Positions 1 to 9,823 are shown, numbered from the stretch's first letter. The stretch: 24,000 nt of DNA from Litchfieldia suaedae (GCA_014960805.1 CP063163.1:1233584-1257583), one strand, 5' to 3'. Numbers and translations are program-made. Notes: generated by a model from the letters alone, not told the origin.

Positions 1-291
1 GAGGATTCATACCCGGAGTGAAGCCCATGCCTGGAGTAGGATTCATACCGGGAGTGAAGCCCATGCCTGGAGTAGGATTCATGCCCGGAGTGAAGCCTAT
101 ACCTGGGTTAGGATTCATGCCTGGAGTGAAGCCCATGCCTGGAGTAGGATTCATGCCTGGAGTGAAGCCCATGCCTGGAGTAGGATTCATGCCCGGAGTG
201 AAGCCCATACCTTGAGTAGGATTCATACCCGGAGTGAAGTCCATCCCTTGTGTAGGATTCATGCCTGGAGTGAAGCCCATACCAGGACTTG
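1..291. repeat. In-frame tandem repeat, ~33 nt unit (with a 66-nt higher-order variant pattern), inside the left-edge CDS
   Basis: Direct reading: repeated 'cctggagtaggattcatgcc(c/t)ggagtgaagcccatg' units with small substitutions. Confidence 0.93.
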
Positions 292-611
292 TAGACATAT
301 TTGGGTTATATCCCATAGGTAATTGTTGCTGTCCCATAAGAGGAGATGGAGTTCCGAAATCCATATCATCATCAAAATCATAATCAGTTGGGGTTGAAGG
401 AGTTAGTCCACCACCGTATACAGGACCAACTGGTGATGATGGACCTACCTCATATGGTCCATATGGTAATGTCATTGGAGCTTGGAACTGTGCATTTGGA
501 ACTTCAGGTGTAAAGCCTTGCTGTGGGAAATTTGTAGGGCCAAATTGATTCATTGGTAATGACTGATTACCCATGTATGGATTATTCATTGGAGTGTTTC
601 TTTTAAACAAG
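1..611 (-). CDS. Gly/Pro/Met-rich tandem-repeat protein, C-terminus off the left edge; possibly a YppG/spore-coat-like protein
   Basis: Minus strand is open from a TTG at 611..609 to the window edge: LFKRNTPMNNPYMGNQSLPMNQFGPTNFPQQGF... then tandem (GMNPTPGMGFTP)n. SD-like GAGAGAGG lies 9 nt upstream of the TTG. Absent from the ORF track because it has no stop in the window. Function is not assignable with confidence. Confidence 0.75.
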
Positions 612-797
612 TGAATCGACCTCTCTCAGTTATAAGTAATGTAATATGCCTAACTGACATATCCACCATATTTTATGGACCATACTTGTTTTTTGTGTTA
701 AATCCCTAGATAAATGGGTTTTCGCCTTGTTACGACCTGCTAAAATTACTATAATAGAAAAGTCCTTTGTCGACTCTATTTTTATGAGGTGATATAT

Positions 798-992
798 ATG
801 AATGAAGAATTAGTCAATGAAATGTTAGACAAGCTGCGTGATGGAGAGCTGAGTGAGTACCATGTAACAAATGAAGAATTCTTAGCTTTCCGTGAATTTA
901 TTGTAAAAAGAGAGGATTTTAAGAATTTTAGAGGTATTGCTCAACGTGGCGGATCTGTTCTTTATAAATATCTAGCTGAACCAAGAAGTTGA
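798..992 (+). CDS. Small conserved-looking hypothetical protein (64 aa)
   Basis: ORF MNEELVNEMLDKLRDGELSEYHVTNEEFL...; SD GAGGTG precedes ATG798, so the GTG at 789 overlaps the SD and is unlikely to be the start. Confidence 0.8.
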   Translation: MNEELVNEMLDKLRDGELSEYHVTNEEFLAFREFIVKREDFKNFRGIAQRGGSVLYKYLAEPRS

Positions 993-1000
993 GCTTGGTG

Positions 1001-1197
1001 GGTTTATTTATGTAACTTAAAAACAAGGTTTTAACTGAAAGTGGGTTACATAAACGGATTTATGAGCCATTTTCAAACAAACCAGGGTCACAATAAACCA
1101 TCTTCATCGGCAAAATCCACAAAAATTTAAGTGTTAGTTAAATTTACCAATATTGGAGCAAACATGATGAAATCAAGGATTATTCCTTGGTTTTTTT
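1001..1197 (+). promoter_or_regulatory. Candidate structured 5' leader upstream of the LysM/cell-wall hydrolase gene, ending in an intrinsic terminator
   Basis: Nested complementary segments: GGTTTATT 1001-1008/AATAAACC 1092-1099; TATGTAAC 1009-1016/GTTACATA 1045-1052; inner TTAAAAAC/GTTTTAA hairpin; then the terminator hairpin at 1174-1189 + T-run. Confidence 0.45.
1174..1197 (+). terminator. Intrinsic terminator in the leader region
   Basis: CAAGGA TTAT TCCTTG followed by GTTTTTTTG. Confidence 0.6.
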
Positions 1198-1282
1198 GTT
1201 ACCATATTTTAGTTAATGCTAGTTTCCTAATATCTTGTTAGCCTATTAAGGAGCCAAGCAAACTACTAGGAGGTAACTAACA

Positions 1283-1894
1283 ATGAAGAAACTTAAGAAA
1301 CTAGTAATCGCGTCAACTCTTGGGTTATCATTATTTGCTTTTTCAGCAGATAATACACCAACTGAAGCGGCAACAACAACTACAACTCATACAGTAAAAA
1401 GTGGAGATACACTATGGAAAATCGGAGTAGCATACGGTGTATCAGTAAACCAATTAAAAGCAATCAATAAGCGTACTAGCAATGTCATTTATCCAGGTCA
1501 AAAACTAGTAATCCCTCAAACTATTACAGCATATGAAAAAGATTTATTAGCTCGATTAGTTCATGCTGAAGCAAAAGGTGAATCATACGCAGGTAAAGTA
1601 GCAGTAGCAACTGTTGTATTTAACCGTGTTGCACATTCAGAATTTCCAAACACAATTCATGGTGTAATTACTGAGCGCACACCTAGTGGCAGCTTTGCAT
1701 TTACTCCATATGCAACAGGTTCGATTAAGCAACCAGCTGATGCAGAAGCAAAACGTGCTGTTGAAGAAGCAATTGCATTTCGTGGACAAGGTGCTGGTTC
1801 AATTTATTTCTACAATCCAGCGAAAATCACAAATAAATGGATCTTATCAAGACAAACTACTGTCGTAATTGGAAACCATGTATTTGCAAAATAA
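1283..1894 (+). CDS. LysM-domain cell wall hydrolase (SleB/CwlJ-like Hydrolase_2 domain), secreted
   Basis: Signal peptide (MKKLKKLVIASTLGLSLFAFSA), LysM 'HTVKSGDTLWKIGVAYGVSVNQLKAINKRTSNVIYPGQKLVIP', catalytic-domain motif 'LARLVHAEAKGESYAGKVAVATVVFNRV...FYNPAK'. SD AGGAGG. Confidence 0.93.
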   Translation: MKKLKKLVIASTLGLSLFAFSADNTPTEAATTTTTHTVKSGDTLWKIGVAYGVSVNQLKAINKRTSNVIYPGQKLVIPQTITAYEKDLLARLVHAEAKGESYAGKVAVATVVFNRVAHSEFPNTIHGVITERTPSGSFAFTPYATGSIKQPADAEAKRAVEEAIAFRGQGAGSIYFYNPAKITNKWILSRQTTVVIGNHVFAK

Positions 1895-1914
1895 TAATTG
1901 GTTTTACTAACCAG

Positions 1915-1953
1915 GCATTCATCTCAGTTAAATGAGGTGAATGCTTTTTATTT
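1915..1953 (+). terminator. Intrinsic terminator after the LysM hydrolase
   Basis: GCATTCaTCTCA...TGAGgTGAATGC stem followed by TTTTTATTTTG. Confidence 0.85.
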
Positions 1954-2039
1954 TGCTTAGCTGAACCATTTTCATTCGTGTAACTGATATAGTAAAAATA
2001 ACGTCTAATAAAGTAAATAGATTGAAATGGGGAATTATA

Positions 2040-2225
2040 ATGAAATGGTTTATACATGGTGTGTTTGGTCTTCTATACTTATTAGTTACCTTCTTTGGCT
2101 TAGGGCCTGTTCTTCTTGCAGATGGGGTCATACAAGAAAGAGTTGTGACGGCTATCATTGTGTTTGGCGTTTATTGTGTACTGATTGTGCTACATTTACT
2201 TATTTTAAAAAGAATGAAAAAGTAG
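2040..2225 (+). CDS. Small two-TM membrane protein, hypothetical (61 aa)
   Basis: MKWFIHGVFGLLYLLVTFFGLGPVLLADGVIQERVVTAIIVFGVYCVLIVLHLLILKRMKK; SD-like GGGGA upstream of ATG2040. Confidence 0.65.
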   Translation: MKWFIHGVFGLLYLLVTFFGLGPVLLADGVIQERVVTAIIVFGVYCVLIVLHLLILKRMKK

Positions 2226-2267
2226 CGTTGTCAATATGACAGCGCTTATTTAAAGAGGAGTGCAAAC

Positions 2268-3017
2268 ATGAAATTTGAAAATAAAATAGTTATCATTACC
2301 GGAGCTGGAAATGGAATTGGAAGAGGAATTGCTCTTGAATATGCTAAAAATGGAGCAAAGGTGGTTGTAGCTGACATAGATGAGGAAGCAGGACATCAGG
2401 TTATTTCTGAAATTAAAGAGATGGAACGAGATGCCATCTACATAAAAACAGATGTTACAAATCAAGATGAGATTATACATCTTATGACAGAGACGCTAAA
2501 TGCATATAACAAGATTGACATTTTAATTAATAATGCGGGGATATCACGGTGGAAATCTGTCTTTGAACTAGAGGTCGAGGAATGGGATACGATACTTAAC
2601 ACAAACCTTCGAAGTGTTTTCTTGTGTTCGAGAGAAGCTGCAAAACATATGAAAGGAAATCCAAAAGGAGGTTCCATTGTTAATATGGCATCTACTCGTG
2701 CGTTCATGTCTGAAAAAAATTCAGAGGCATATGCAGCCTCGAAGGGTGGAATTGTTGCTTTAACCCATGCTCTAGCCGTCTCTTTAGGTGAACATAACAT
2801 TACGGTGAATTCTATTAGTCCAGGATGGATTGAAGTTCAGGATTATACTTCATTACGAGAGGTGGACCATAAACAACATCCATCGAGAAGAGTGGGACAA
2901 TCAGATGATATTGCCAGAGCCTGCCTGTTCTTGACCAATTCAGAAAATAATTTTATAACTGGTGAAAATATGATTATTGATGGTGGGATGACAAGAAAAA
3001 TGATTTACGAAGAGTAA
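2268..3017 (+). CDS. SDR family NAD(P)-dependent oxidoreductase
   Basis: 249 aa with TGAGNGIGRG, NNAG, YAASKGG and PG motifs of classical short-chain dehydrogenases; SD AAAGAGGAG. Confidence 0.95.
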   Translation: MKFENKIVIITGAGNGIGRGIALEYAKNGAKVVVADIDEEAGHQVISEIKEMERDAIYIKTDVTNQDEIIHLMTETLNAYNKIDILINNAGISRWKSVFELEVEEWDTILNTNLRSVFLCSREAAKHMKGNPKGGSIVNMASTRAFMSEKNSEAYAASKGGIVALTHALAVSLGEHNITVNSISPGWIEVQDYTSLREVDHKQHPSRRVGQSDDIARACLFLTNSENNFITGENMIIDGGMTRKMIYEE

Positions 3018-3096
3018 CTGTGGTAAAAATTCAACAATTTACTTATCGTTTAGGCATATACTATAGGAGTACTTTTAAGGTGGTGGTGGGAAGAGT

Positions 3097-4038
3097 ATGG
3101 TTAAAGTTCTTCTGTTTGGGGATCCTGGAGTCGATGATTCCTTAGCAATTATGTACGGTTTGCTACATCCAGAGATTGAAATTGTAGGTATTGTTACTAG
3201 CTACGGAAATGTAACACAAACACAGACAGAGCAAAATGCAGCATATCTACTTACTTTAGCTGGTAAAGAAGATATCCCATTAATATCAGGAGCAAAGTAT
3301 CCCTTAATTGGTGAGAAAGTAACTTTTTATCCAGAAATACACGGTCCAGACGGATTAGGGCCCATTCGTCCACCAGAGGATATCGTGCCCAATATATTAA
3401 ATTTTGATGAAGTATTTACGATTATTGAAAAATATGAGAATGAACTCATCATAGTTGACGTTGGCCGGTCATCTTCTTTAGCCATTGCCTTTATTCTCGG
3501 CGGAGAGATTATGAATAAGGTTAAGGCCTTTTATCTAATGGGTGGAGCCTTTTTAGTACCAGGGAATGTAACAGCTCAGGCAGAAGCAAATTTCCATGGT
3601 GATCCGATTGCATCAAATTTAGTGGTTGAGCGGGGGAGAAATGTAACAATTATTCCATTGAATGTGACTAACGAAGCGGTTGTTCCTCCTGAAGTGATAG
3701 ACTATATAAGCCGAAAGAGTGATAATCCATTCTCTTCCTTAATTGAGCCAATCTTTAAATATTACTTTGAAGCGTACAAGAAAAATGTACCTGGAATTCA
3801 AGGAGCACCTATCCATGATGTGGTGACATTAAGTGCGATCGTTAATCCTACAATGATTGAATACACATCTAGAAGGGTCACAGTTGAGTTATTTGGTAAC
3901 GCTAAGGGTGAGTCACTAGCAGATTTTCGTCCTAAACCGGATTTAGAACCGTTTCCAGCACTTGACCGGATTGGAATGCAATTAAACTACCAGCTATTTT
4001 TACAGGATTTCGTAAATGTAATGACTAGGAAGTTGTAA
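3097..4038 (+). CDS. Nucleoside hydrolase (inosine/uridine-preferring type)
   Basis: 313 aa; N-term DPGVDDSLAI motif (Ca2+/ribose-binding Asp cluster), 'GPDGLGP', 'HDVVTLSAIVNP'. Confidence 0.92.
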   Translation: MVKVLLFGDPGVDDSLAIMYGLLHPEIEIVGIVTSYGNVTQTQTEQNAAYLLTLAGKEDIPLISGAKYPLIGEKVTFYPEIHGPDGLGPIRPPEDIVPNILNFDEVFTIIEKYENELIIVDVGRSSSLAIAFILGGEIMNKVKAFYLMGGAFLVPGNVTAQAEANFHGDPIASNLVVERGRNVTIIPLNVTNEAVVPPEVIDYISRKSDNPFSSLIEPIFKYYFEAYKKNVPGIQGAPIHDVVTLSAIVNPTMIEYTSRRVTVELFGNAKGESLADFRPKPDLEPFPALDRIGMQLNYQLFLQDFVNVMTRKL

Positions 4039-4066
4039 AGGCTATCTTAAGAGGATAGCCTTTTTT
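4039..4066 (+). terminator. Intrinsic terminator after nucleoside hydrolase
   Basis: AGGCTATC ttaagag GATAGCCT + TTTTT. Confidence 0.9.
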
Positions 4067-4070
4067 CGCC

Positions 4071-4640
4071 TTAGTACTTATTATATGGTTCAAGTTCTTT
4101 TGTTAGTTTACGAAAAATCGCTATATATTCTTTAAGTTGCTCCTCCTCTTCAACCTCAAACTCTTCATAAACGAGAGCACCAAGTGACGTAGTACCATCA
4201 CGAAGGATTTGTTGTATTTCTAACATGTCCTCAGCTGTATAATCAAAACCAGCAATTCCTTGAATTGATTTTTCTAACTTCCATAATGTCTCTTCTAGAA
4301 AAAATAAAGTTTCTGGATTGTTAAATGGTCTTGATAATGTAATTGAATGGGATAAGTGATTCAAGTGAAGAGTATCCTTTCGAACAGCATTTTGAAACTG
4401 ACTGCGATCTTCGTTACTCAACGGAAATGAATATTTTTGAATGGTTTCCTCCACATCTGAGATGATAGAAACAATCCCTCGAAAGTGATATAAAAGAATT
4501 TGTGAATGTCTTTCATTATTGAGTTCGTTTTGTTCTTTAGTATTTTCCCATTTTAGGAACAAAAACAATGATGCAGCAACTATAATAGCTAATACTATCT
4601 TGTCATAAAGCTTCTTGTTATTTCTTAAATGGTTAATCAT
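4071..4640 (-). CDS. Hypothetical protein with N-terminal TM anchor and charged helical region (189 aa)
   Basis: Full-length ORF, 'LYDKIVLAIIVAASLFLFLKW' anchor, SD-like AGGAGG upstream. Confidence 0.8.
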   Translation of the reverse strand: MINHLRNNKKLYDKIVLAIIVAASLFLFLKWENTKEQNELNNERHSQILLYHFRGIVSIISDVEETIQKYSFPLSNEDRSQFQNAVRKDTLHLNHLSHSITLSRPFNNPETLFFLEETLWKLEKSIQGIAGFDYTAEDMLEIQQILRDGTTSLGALVYEEFEVEEEEQLKEYIAIFRKLTKELEPYNKY

Positions 4641-4769
4641 TGTTATCCTCCTAATTCTATTTATTTAGTTTATCATATCATGATAATTTCGTTATGAAGT
4701 GGAGTTAAACGATGGTTAATGGTATAATCAGTTGGGCATAATATAAGTATTTTGTAAAAATCATGCTAG

Positions 4770-6437
<1,668 letters not shown>

Positions 6438-6442
6438 GATCG

Positions 6443-6483
6443 AAAAAACTGGTGTCAGGAATCTGACACCAGTTTTTTATTAT
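6443..6483 (+). terminator. Intrinsic terminator after ykpA-like gene
   Basis: AAAAAACTGGTGTCAG gaat CTGACACCAGTTTTTTATT. Confidence 0.95.
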
Positions 6484-6597
6484 AGAGTGTAGTAAAAAGT
6501 GCATAAGTCCAATTATTAACGAATCAACTTGATAATTGGTCCACAGCTGTGAAACTTCTGAGGAAGTTAAGGGAATTGCAGTCCTATTTGAATGCAT
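6484..6597 (-). pseudogene. 5' remnant of a DUF3231-like gene
   Basis: MHSNRTAIPLTSSEVSQLWTNYQVDSLIIGLMHFLLHSI resembles the DUF3231 N-terminus ('LTSxEIsxLWTxYMxDSxxxCVLKYFL'), preceded by SD-like GAGGT. It then reads straight into the neighbouring terminator, so only ~38 codons survive. Confidence 0.55.
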
Positions 6598-6741
6598 TTC
6601 GTCTACCTCACTTGGTCATTTTTGTTAGTTTATCCCTAACTCTGATCATATAACAAAATGGGTAAATCGTTCTTGCTAAATAGGCATAAAATCCTGAAAC
6701 TTCTTCTTTGTAATAGCGTCTGTATTGTAGGGTGATTACAA

Positions 6742-6879
6742 ATGATGGTATTTAAGAAAAATGTGATGATTGTAACCATATTTAGTTGTTTAATTGTCTT
6801 TTTAATCTTTTTTGGAGTAAGTCTAATAGAGGCAAAAGAAAATCAATCAGAAGTAATTAGTAGACAGCTTCTGAAATAA
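6742..6879 (+). CDS. Small single-TM protein (45 aa), hypothetical
   Basis: MMVFKKNVMIVTIFSCLIVFLIFFGVSLIEAKENQSEVISRQLLK*, weak SD (GGGTGAT), followed by a terminator; below the ORF track size limit. Confidence 0.5.
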   Translation: MMVFKKNVMIVTIFSCLIVFLIFFGVSLIEAKENQSEVISRQLLK

Positions 6880-6884
6880 TCAAG

Positions 6885-6922
6885 AAAAGCTCATACCAGG
6901 CAAGCTGGTATGAGCTTTTTTC
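6885..6922. terminator. Bidirectional terminator between the small ORF and the SASP gene
   Basis: AAAAGCTCATACCA ggcaagc TGGTATGAGCTTTTTT. Confidence 0.92.
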
Positions 6923-6928
6923 AGTAAG

Positions 6929-7123
6929 TTAAAACTGTTGTTGGTTTTGCAACTGTTGTTCAGCCAACTTAATCATACGCTTTGTCATTTCGCCACCAAC
7001 AGAACCATTTGCACGCGCGGTCGTATCTGCACCTAGCTGAACTCCAAACTCGTTAGCAATTTCTTCTTTCATCTGATCAAGCGCATTTGCAGCACCTGGA
7101 ACTAAAAGTTTGTTTCGTGCCAT
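6929..7123 (-). CDS. Alpha/beta-type small acid-soluble spore protein (SASP)
   Basis: 64 aa [58 protein letters not shown]: canonical alpha/beta SASP including the GPR cleavage region and '[17 protein letters not shown]'. SD GGGAGTG. Confidence 0.98.
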   Translation of the reverse strand: MARNKLLVPGAANALDQMKEEIANEFGVQLGADTTARANGSVGGEMTKRMIKLAEQQLQNQQQF

Positions 7124-7234
7124 GATACATCACTCCCGTACGAAGTTTTTTGAGTAACCAAAGATGATTACTCTTTTTTAAGATAACCGTTAAATGTTAT
7201 GAAATGCATAAAAGGTGATAACAGTTTAATCCAA

Positions 7235-8173
7235 TTAGATTTCTTCAAGTTGTGAAGCTTCTGCTATCTTTACCATTTCTGACTTCATCCACTGTTTATC
7301 TAAATCCTCGCCAATAAAAACAAGTGTCATAGGATATTTCATGAGCTCTTTCATATATAAAGGCATCCCGTACGAATACTGAAATAAGAACGTATTGTCT
7401 GAATGTGTGAAGCGTAAATATCCTTTAATACGATAAATAGTATCCGGCATTTCTCGGAGCCAGTTTTCAAATACATCAATATTTAAGGGACTTTGAAATT
7501 GATGGACAAAGGTTTTAACTTTTAAATCTTGTTGAACATGAGTTTTTTCATACGTAGCAGGCATCTGTTTTTGTCCATTAATCATTAAGTGTTCACGTTT
7601 TACTGCCGAATAGGTGGTTAATAAGCATTGTGCTTTTGAATTCACAGATTGTATATCAAATACGAGACTAGCCTGTTCTGATTCAGATAGCTGATCGACT
7701 TTATTTACCAATACTACATCTGCATGATGAACTTGCTCTTGTAGTAACTTTTGCAGGCGAACACTCATGGTTTTTCGATCTTTCCACCGGTTTGCATCGA
7801 CGATAGTAACGATAGATTGGACTTCTAATTGATCAGCAAATAATGGTGAAAGACACGCATCTAACACTTCAATTGGATGTGCAACTCCTGTTGTTTCAAT
7901 ATAAATTGAGTCAAGCTCGTGATCGATTAGTAGTCCTTGTAAATGAACTTCTAGCTGACCTTGAATTGTACAACATACGCAGCCATTTAATAGCTCTTTT
8001 AAAGGAATGTCTTCAGAAACTGCATTAGAATCGATGGAGGTTTCTCCAAGCTCGTTCATAACAACGGCTACTTTACGTCCTTGTTCCTTTTCTTCTGTTA
8101 ATAGGTTTTTTAGTAATGTTGTTTTACCACTGCCTAAAAAACCAGCTAATATGTAAACTTCAACCTTTTTCAT
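7235..8173 (-). CDS. CobW/COG0523 family GTP-binding metallochaperone-like protein
   Basis: 312 aa; P-loop GFLGSGKTTLL, CxCC motif GCVCCT, 'ETTGVAHP', 'NKVD'. Confidence 0.93.
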   Translation of the reverse strand: MKKVEVYILAGFLGSGKTTLLKNLLTEEKEQGRKVAVVMNELGETSIDSNAVSEDIPLKELLNGCVCCTIQGQLEVHLQGLLIDHELDSIYIETTGVAHPIEVLDACLSPLFADQLEVQSIVTIVDANRWKDRKTMSVRLQKLLQEQVHHADVVLVNKVDQLSESEQASLVFDIQSVNSKAQCLLTTYSAVKREHLMINGQKQMPATYEKTHVQQDLKVKTFVHQFQSPLNIDVFENWLREMPDTIYRIKGYLRFTHSDNTFLFQYSYGMPLYMKELMKYPMTLVFIGEDLDKQWMKSEMVKIAEASQLEEI

Positions 8174-8280
8174 TGCTGCTATCTCCTAAAGAATTATTTG
8201 GTTCTATCGTATCTCAAGTAAGAGGGTAGCGTCAATTTGGTTGTTGTTATCACTCGTTATAAGGACCGTTCCTTTTCGCT

Positions 8281-8395
8281 GCAGGCACTTGCTTTCCGCG
8301 GGGAGGGAGGCGAGCCTCCTCGGCACTCTGTGCCTGTGGGGTCTCGCACTACCCTCACTTCCCGCAGGAGTCAAGTGCCTTCCGCTCTAATTCAC
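8281..8395 (+). repeat. Dispersed GC-rich palindromic element, copy 1
   Basis: Terminal inverted repeat AGGCACTTG (8283-8291)/CAAGTGCCT (8372-8380); core strings GCGAGCCTCCTCGGC, GCCTGTGGGGTCTC and TCCCGCAGGAGTC are shared with the reverse complement of 16844-16967. Confidence 0.85.
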
Positions 8396-8430
8396 TTTTC
8401 AATTATCCAAATACGAACCAACAGAAATTA

Positions 8431-8460
8431 AAAAGGATCTTAATTAAAAGATCCTTCTTA
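8431..8460 (-). terminator. Intrinsic terminator for the downstream (minus) GNAT gene
   Basis: On minus: AAGGATCTTTTAATTAAGATCCTTTTT. Confidence 0.75.
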
Positions 8461-8465
8461 ACCTC

Positions 8466-8996
8466 TTATATTACATAATCTTCTTTGACCATTCCATAAT
8501 AGGTAAGGTCTATGTATTCGTCGCCTTTTTTGACGTGTTGTTTGAATGTTCCTTCGTGTTTCATTCCTAACTTCTCCATTACCTTCCATGAGCCTGGATT
8601 GGAAGTGAAGGAAGCAGCATAGATTCGGTTTAATCCGAGTTGATTAAATCCGTAACGAAACATTTCCCGAGCGGCTTCGGTTGCATAGCCTTTACCCCAA
8701 TATGGTTTACCGATCCAATAGTTAATTTCTCCTCGACTAAAGGACATTGATAAATTAAACCCAATGACTCCAATAAGTGAGTTACTTTCTTTATTAATGA
8801 TGGCAAATGTAACTTGTCGGTTGGCTTGTTCACTTTCCTTTAAGGAGTTAATCCAACCGATTGCTCCCCCTTTAGGATAGGGGTGTGGAATTGAAAGTGT
8901 AGTTTTTGCTATTTCATAATCACCCGCAAGTTCTTCAACAATATCAGCATCTTCTGCTACTAATTCTCTTATCAATAAACGGCTTGTTTCTAACAT
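8466..8996 (-). CDS. GNAT family N-acetyltransferase (RimJ/RimL-like)
   Basis: 176 aa; 'LIGVIGFNLS...GEINYWIGKPYWGKGYATEAAREMFRYGFNQLGLNRIYAASFTSNPGSWKVMEKLGMKHEG'. Confidence 0.95.
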   Translation of the reverse strand: MLETSRLLIRELVAEDADIVEELAGDYEIAKTTLSIPHPYPKGGAIGWINSLKESEQANRQVTFAIINKESNSLIGVIGFNLSMSFSRGEINYWIGKPYWGKGYATEAAREMFRYGFNQLGLNRIYAASFTSNPGSWKVMEKLGMKHEGTFKQHVKKGDEYIDLTYYGMVKEDYVI

Positions 8997-9163
8997 ATTT
9001 CTTCCTCCCTTTTTACATATTATAGATACTTTATATAAAAAAGGAAGATTAAATTATTTATAGCTACCAGTTCCTGTTAGGCATGTACCGTATTGTTTTA
9101 AAGGATAAGGGAATGCTTATTAATAAATCCTGCATGTGTAAGTAAGACGGGAGGATATTTTTT

Positions 9164-9823
9164 ATGGGTAAAAAGAATTTTGCCGTATTTGGGTTAGGGC
9201 GTTTTGGAGGAAGTCTTGTTAAAGAACTATACGAGATTGATGTAGAGGTACTCGCAGTTGACAAGAGCTTAGATAAAGTGAACGAGTTCTCTAGATACGC
9301 AACCCATGCCATTCAAGCAAATGCCATTGATGAGAGTATGTTAAAACAACTAGGGATTCGTAACTTTGACCTAGTCTTTGTTTCATTTGGGGATGACATT
9401 GAAGCAAGTATTCTTACCTCACTCTTACTAAAAGAATTAGGGGTAGTTAAGGTTTGGGCAAAGGCTCAAAACGATTATCACCATAAAGTACTAGAAAAGA
9501 TTGGCGTAGACCGAGTCATTCATCCTGAACGTGACATGGCAAAACGAATTGCACATTATATTATCTCTGAAAAACTAATCGATTATATTGAGCTATCAGA
9601 TGAATACAGTATTGTAGAAGTGATTTGTAGTGACAAACTCCATAATAAAACCATTACGGATTTGAATTTGGGGTCAAAGTATCACTGTAACCTAGTGGGT
9701 ATACAACGTGGCAAAGATATTACAGTTTCTCCGAATGTAAATGAAGGACTTGTTAAAGGTGATATTCTTATTGTTGCTGGACATAATGCGGACTTGCATC
9801 GTTTTGAAGAAGAGGGAGTGTAA
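9164..9823 (+). CDS. ktrC: Ktr/Trk potassium uptake regulatory subunit KtrC (RCK_N + RCK_C)
   Basis: 219 aa; Rossmann GLGRFGGSLVKEL, 'KAQNDYHHKVLEKIGVDRVIHPERDMAKRIAHYI', TrkA-C tail; strong resemblance to B. subtilis KtrC (YkqB). SD GGGAGGA. Confidence 0.93.
   Translation: MGKKNFAVFGLGRFGGSLVKELYEIDVEVLAVDKSLDKVNEFSRYATHAIQANAIDESMLKQLGIRNFDLVFVSFGDDIEASILTSLLLKELGVVKVWAKAQNDYHHKVLEKIGVDRVIHPERDMAKRIAHYIISEKLIDYIELSDEYSIVEVICSDKLHNKTITDLNLGSKYHCNLVGIQRGKDITVSPNVNEGLVKGDILIVAGHNADLHRFEEEGV

Noticed and set aside
18-215. + strand ORF of (MPGVGFMPGVKP)n repeats
   Set aside because: Antisense shadow of the tandem repeat in the minus-strand CDS; no SD, and the minus frame continues with complex non-repetitive sequence.
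1-291. 33-nt repeats as a CRISPR array
   Set aside because: The units are contiguous with no spacers, in-frame and coding; there are no cas genes nearby.
1857-2158. Overlapping minus-strand ORFs (66 and 76 aa)
   Set aside because: They overlap the hydrolase terminator and the small membrane protein; no SD or recognisable features.
8174-8240. Zur operator upstream of the CobW-family gene
   Set aside because: No TCGTAATNATTACGA-like palindrome seen, so zinc regulation cannot be supported.
8237-8431. 64-aa + strand ORF
   Set aside because: Lies within the GC-rich palindromic element; no SD or family resemblance.
9000-9163. c-di-AMP (ydaO-type) riboswitch upstream of ktrC
   Set aside because: Looked for it because ktr genes are often so regulated, but the region is short, AT-rich and lacks the consensus; the SD is immediately upstream.
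9064-9312. 82-aa minus ORF ahead of ktrC
   Set aside because: Antisense to the ktrC SD and N-terminal coding region; no support.
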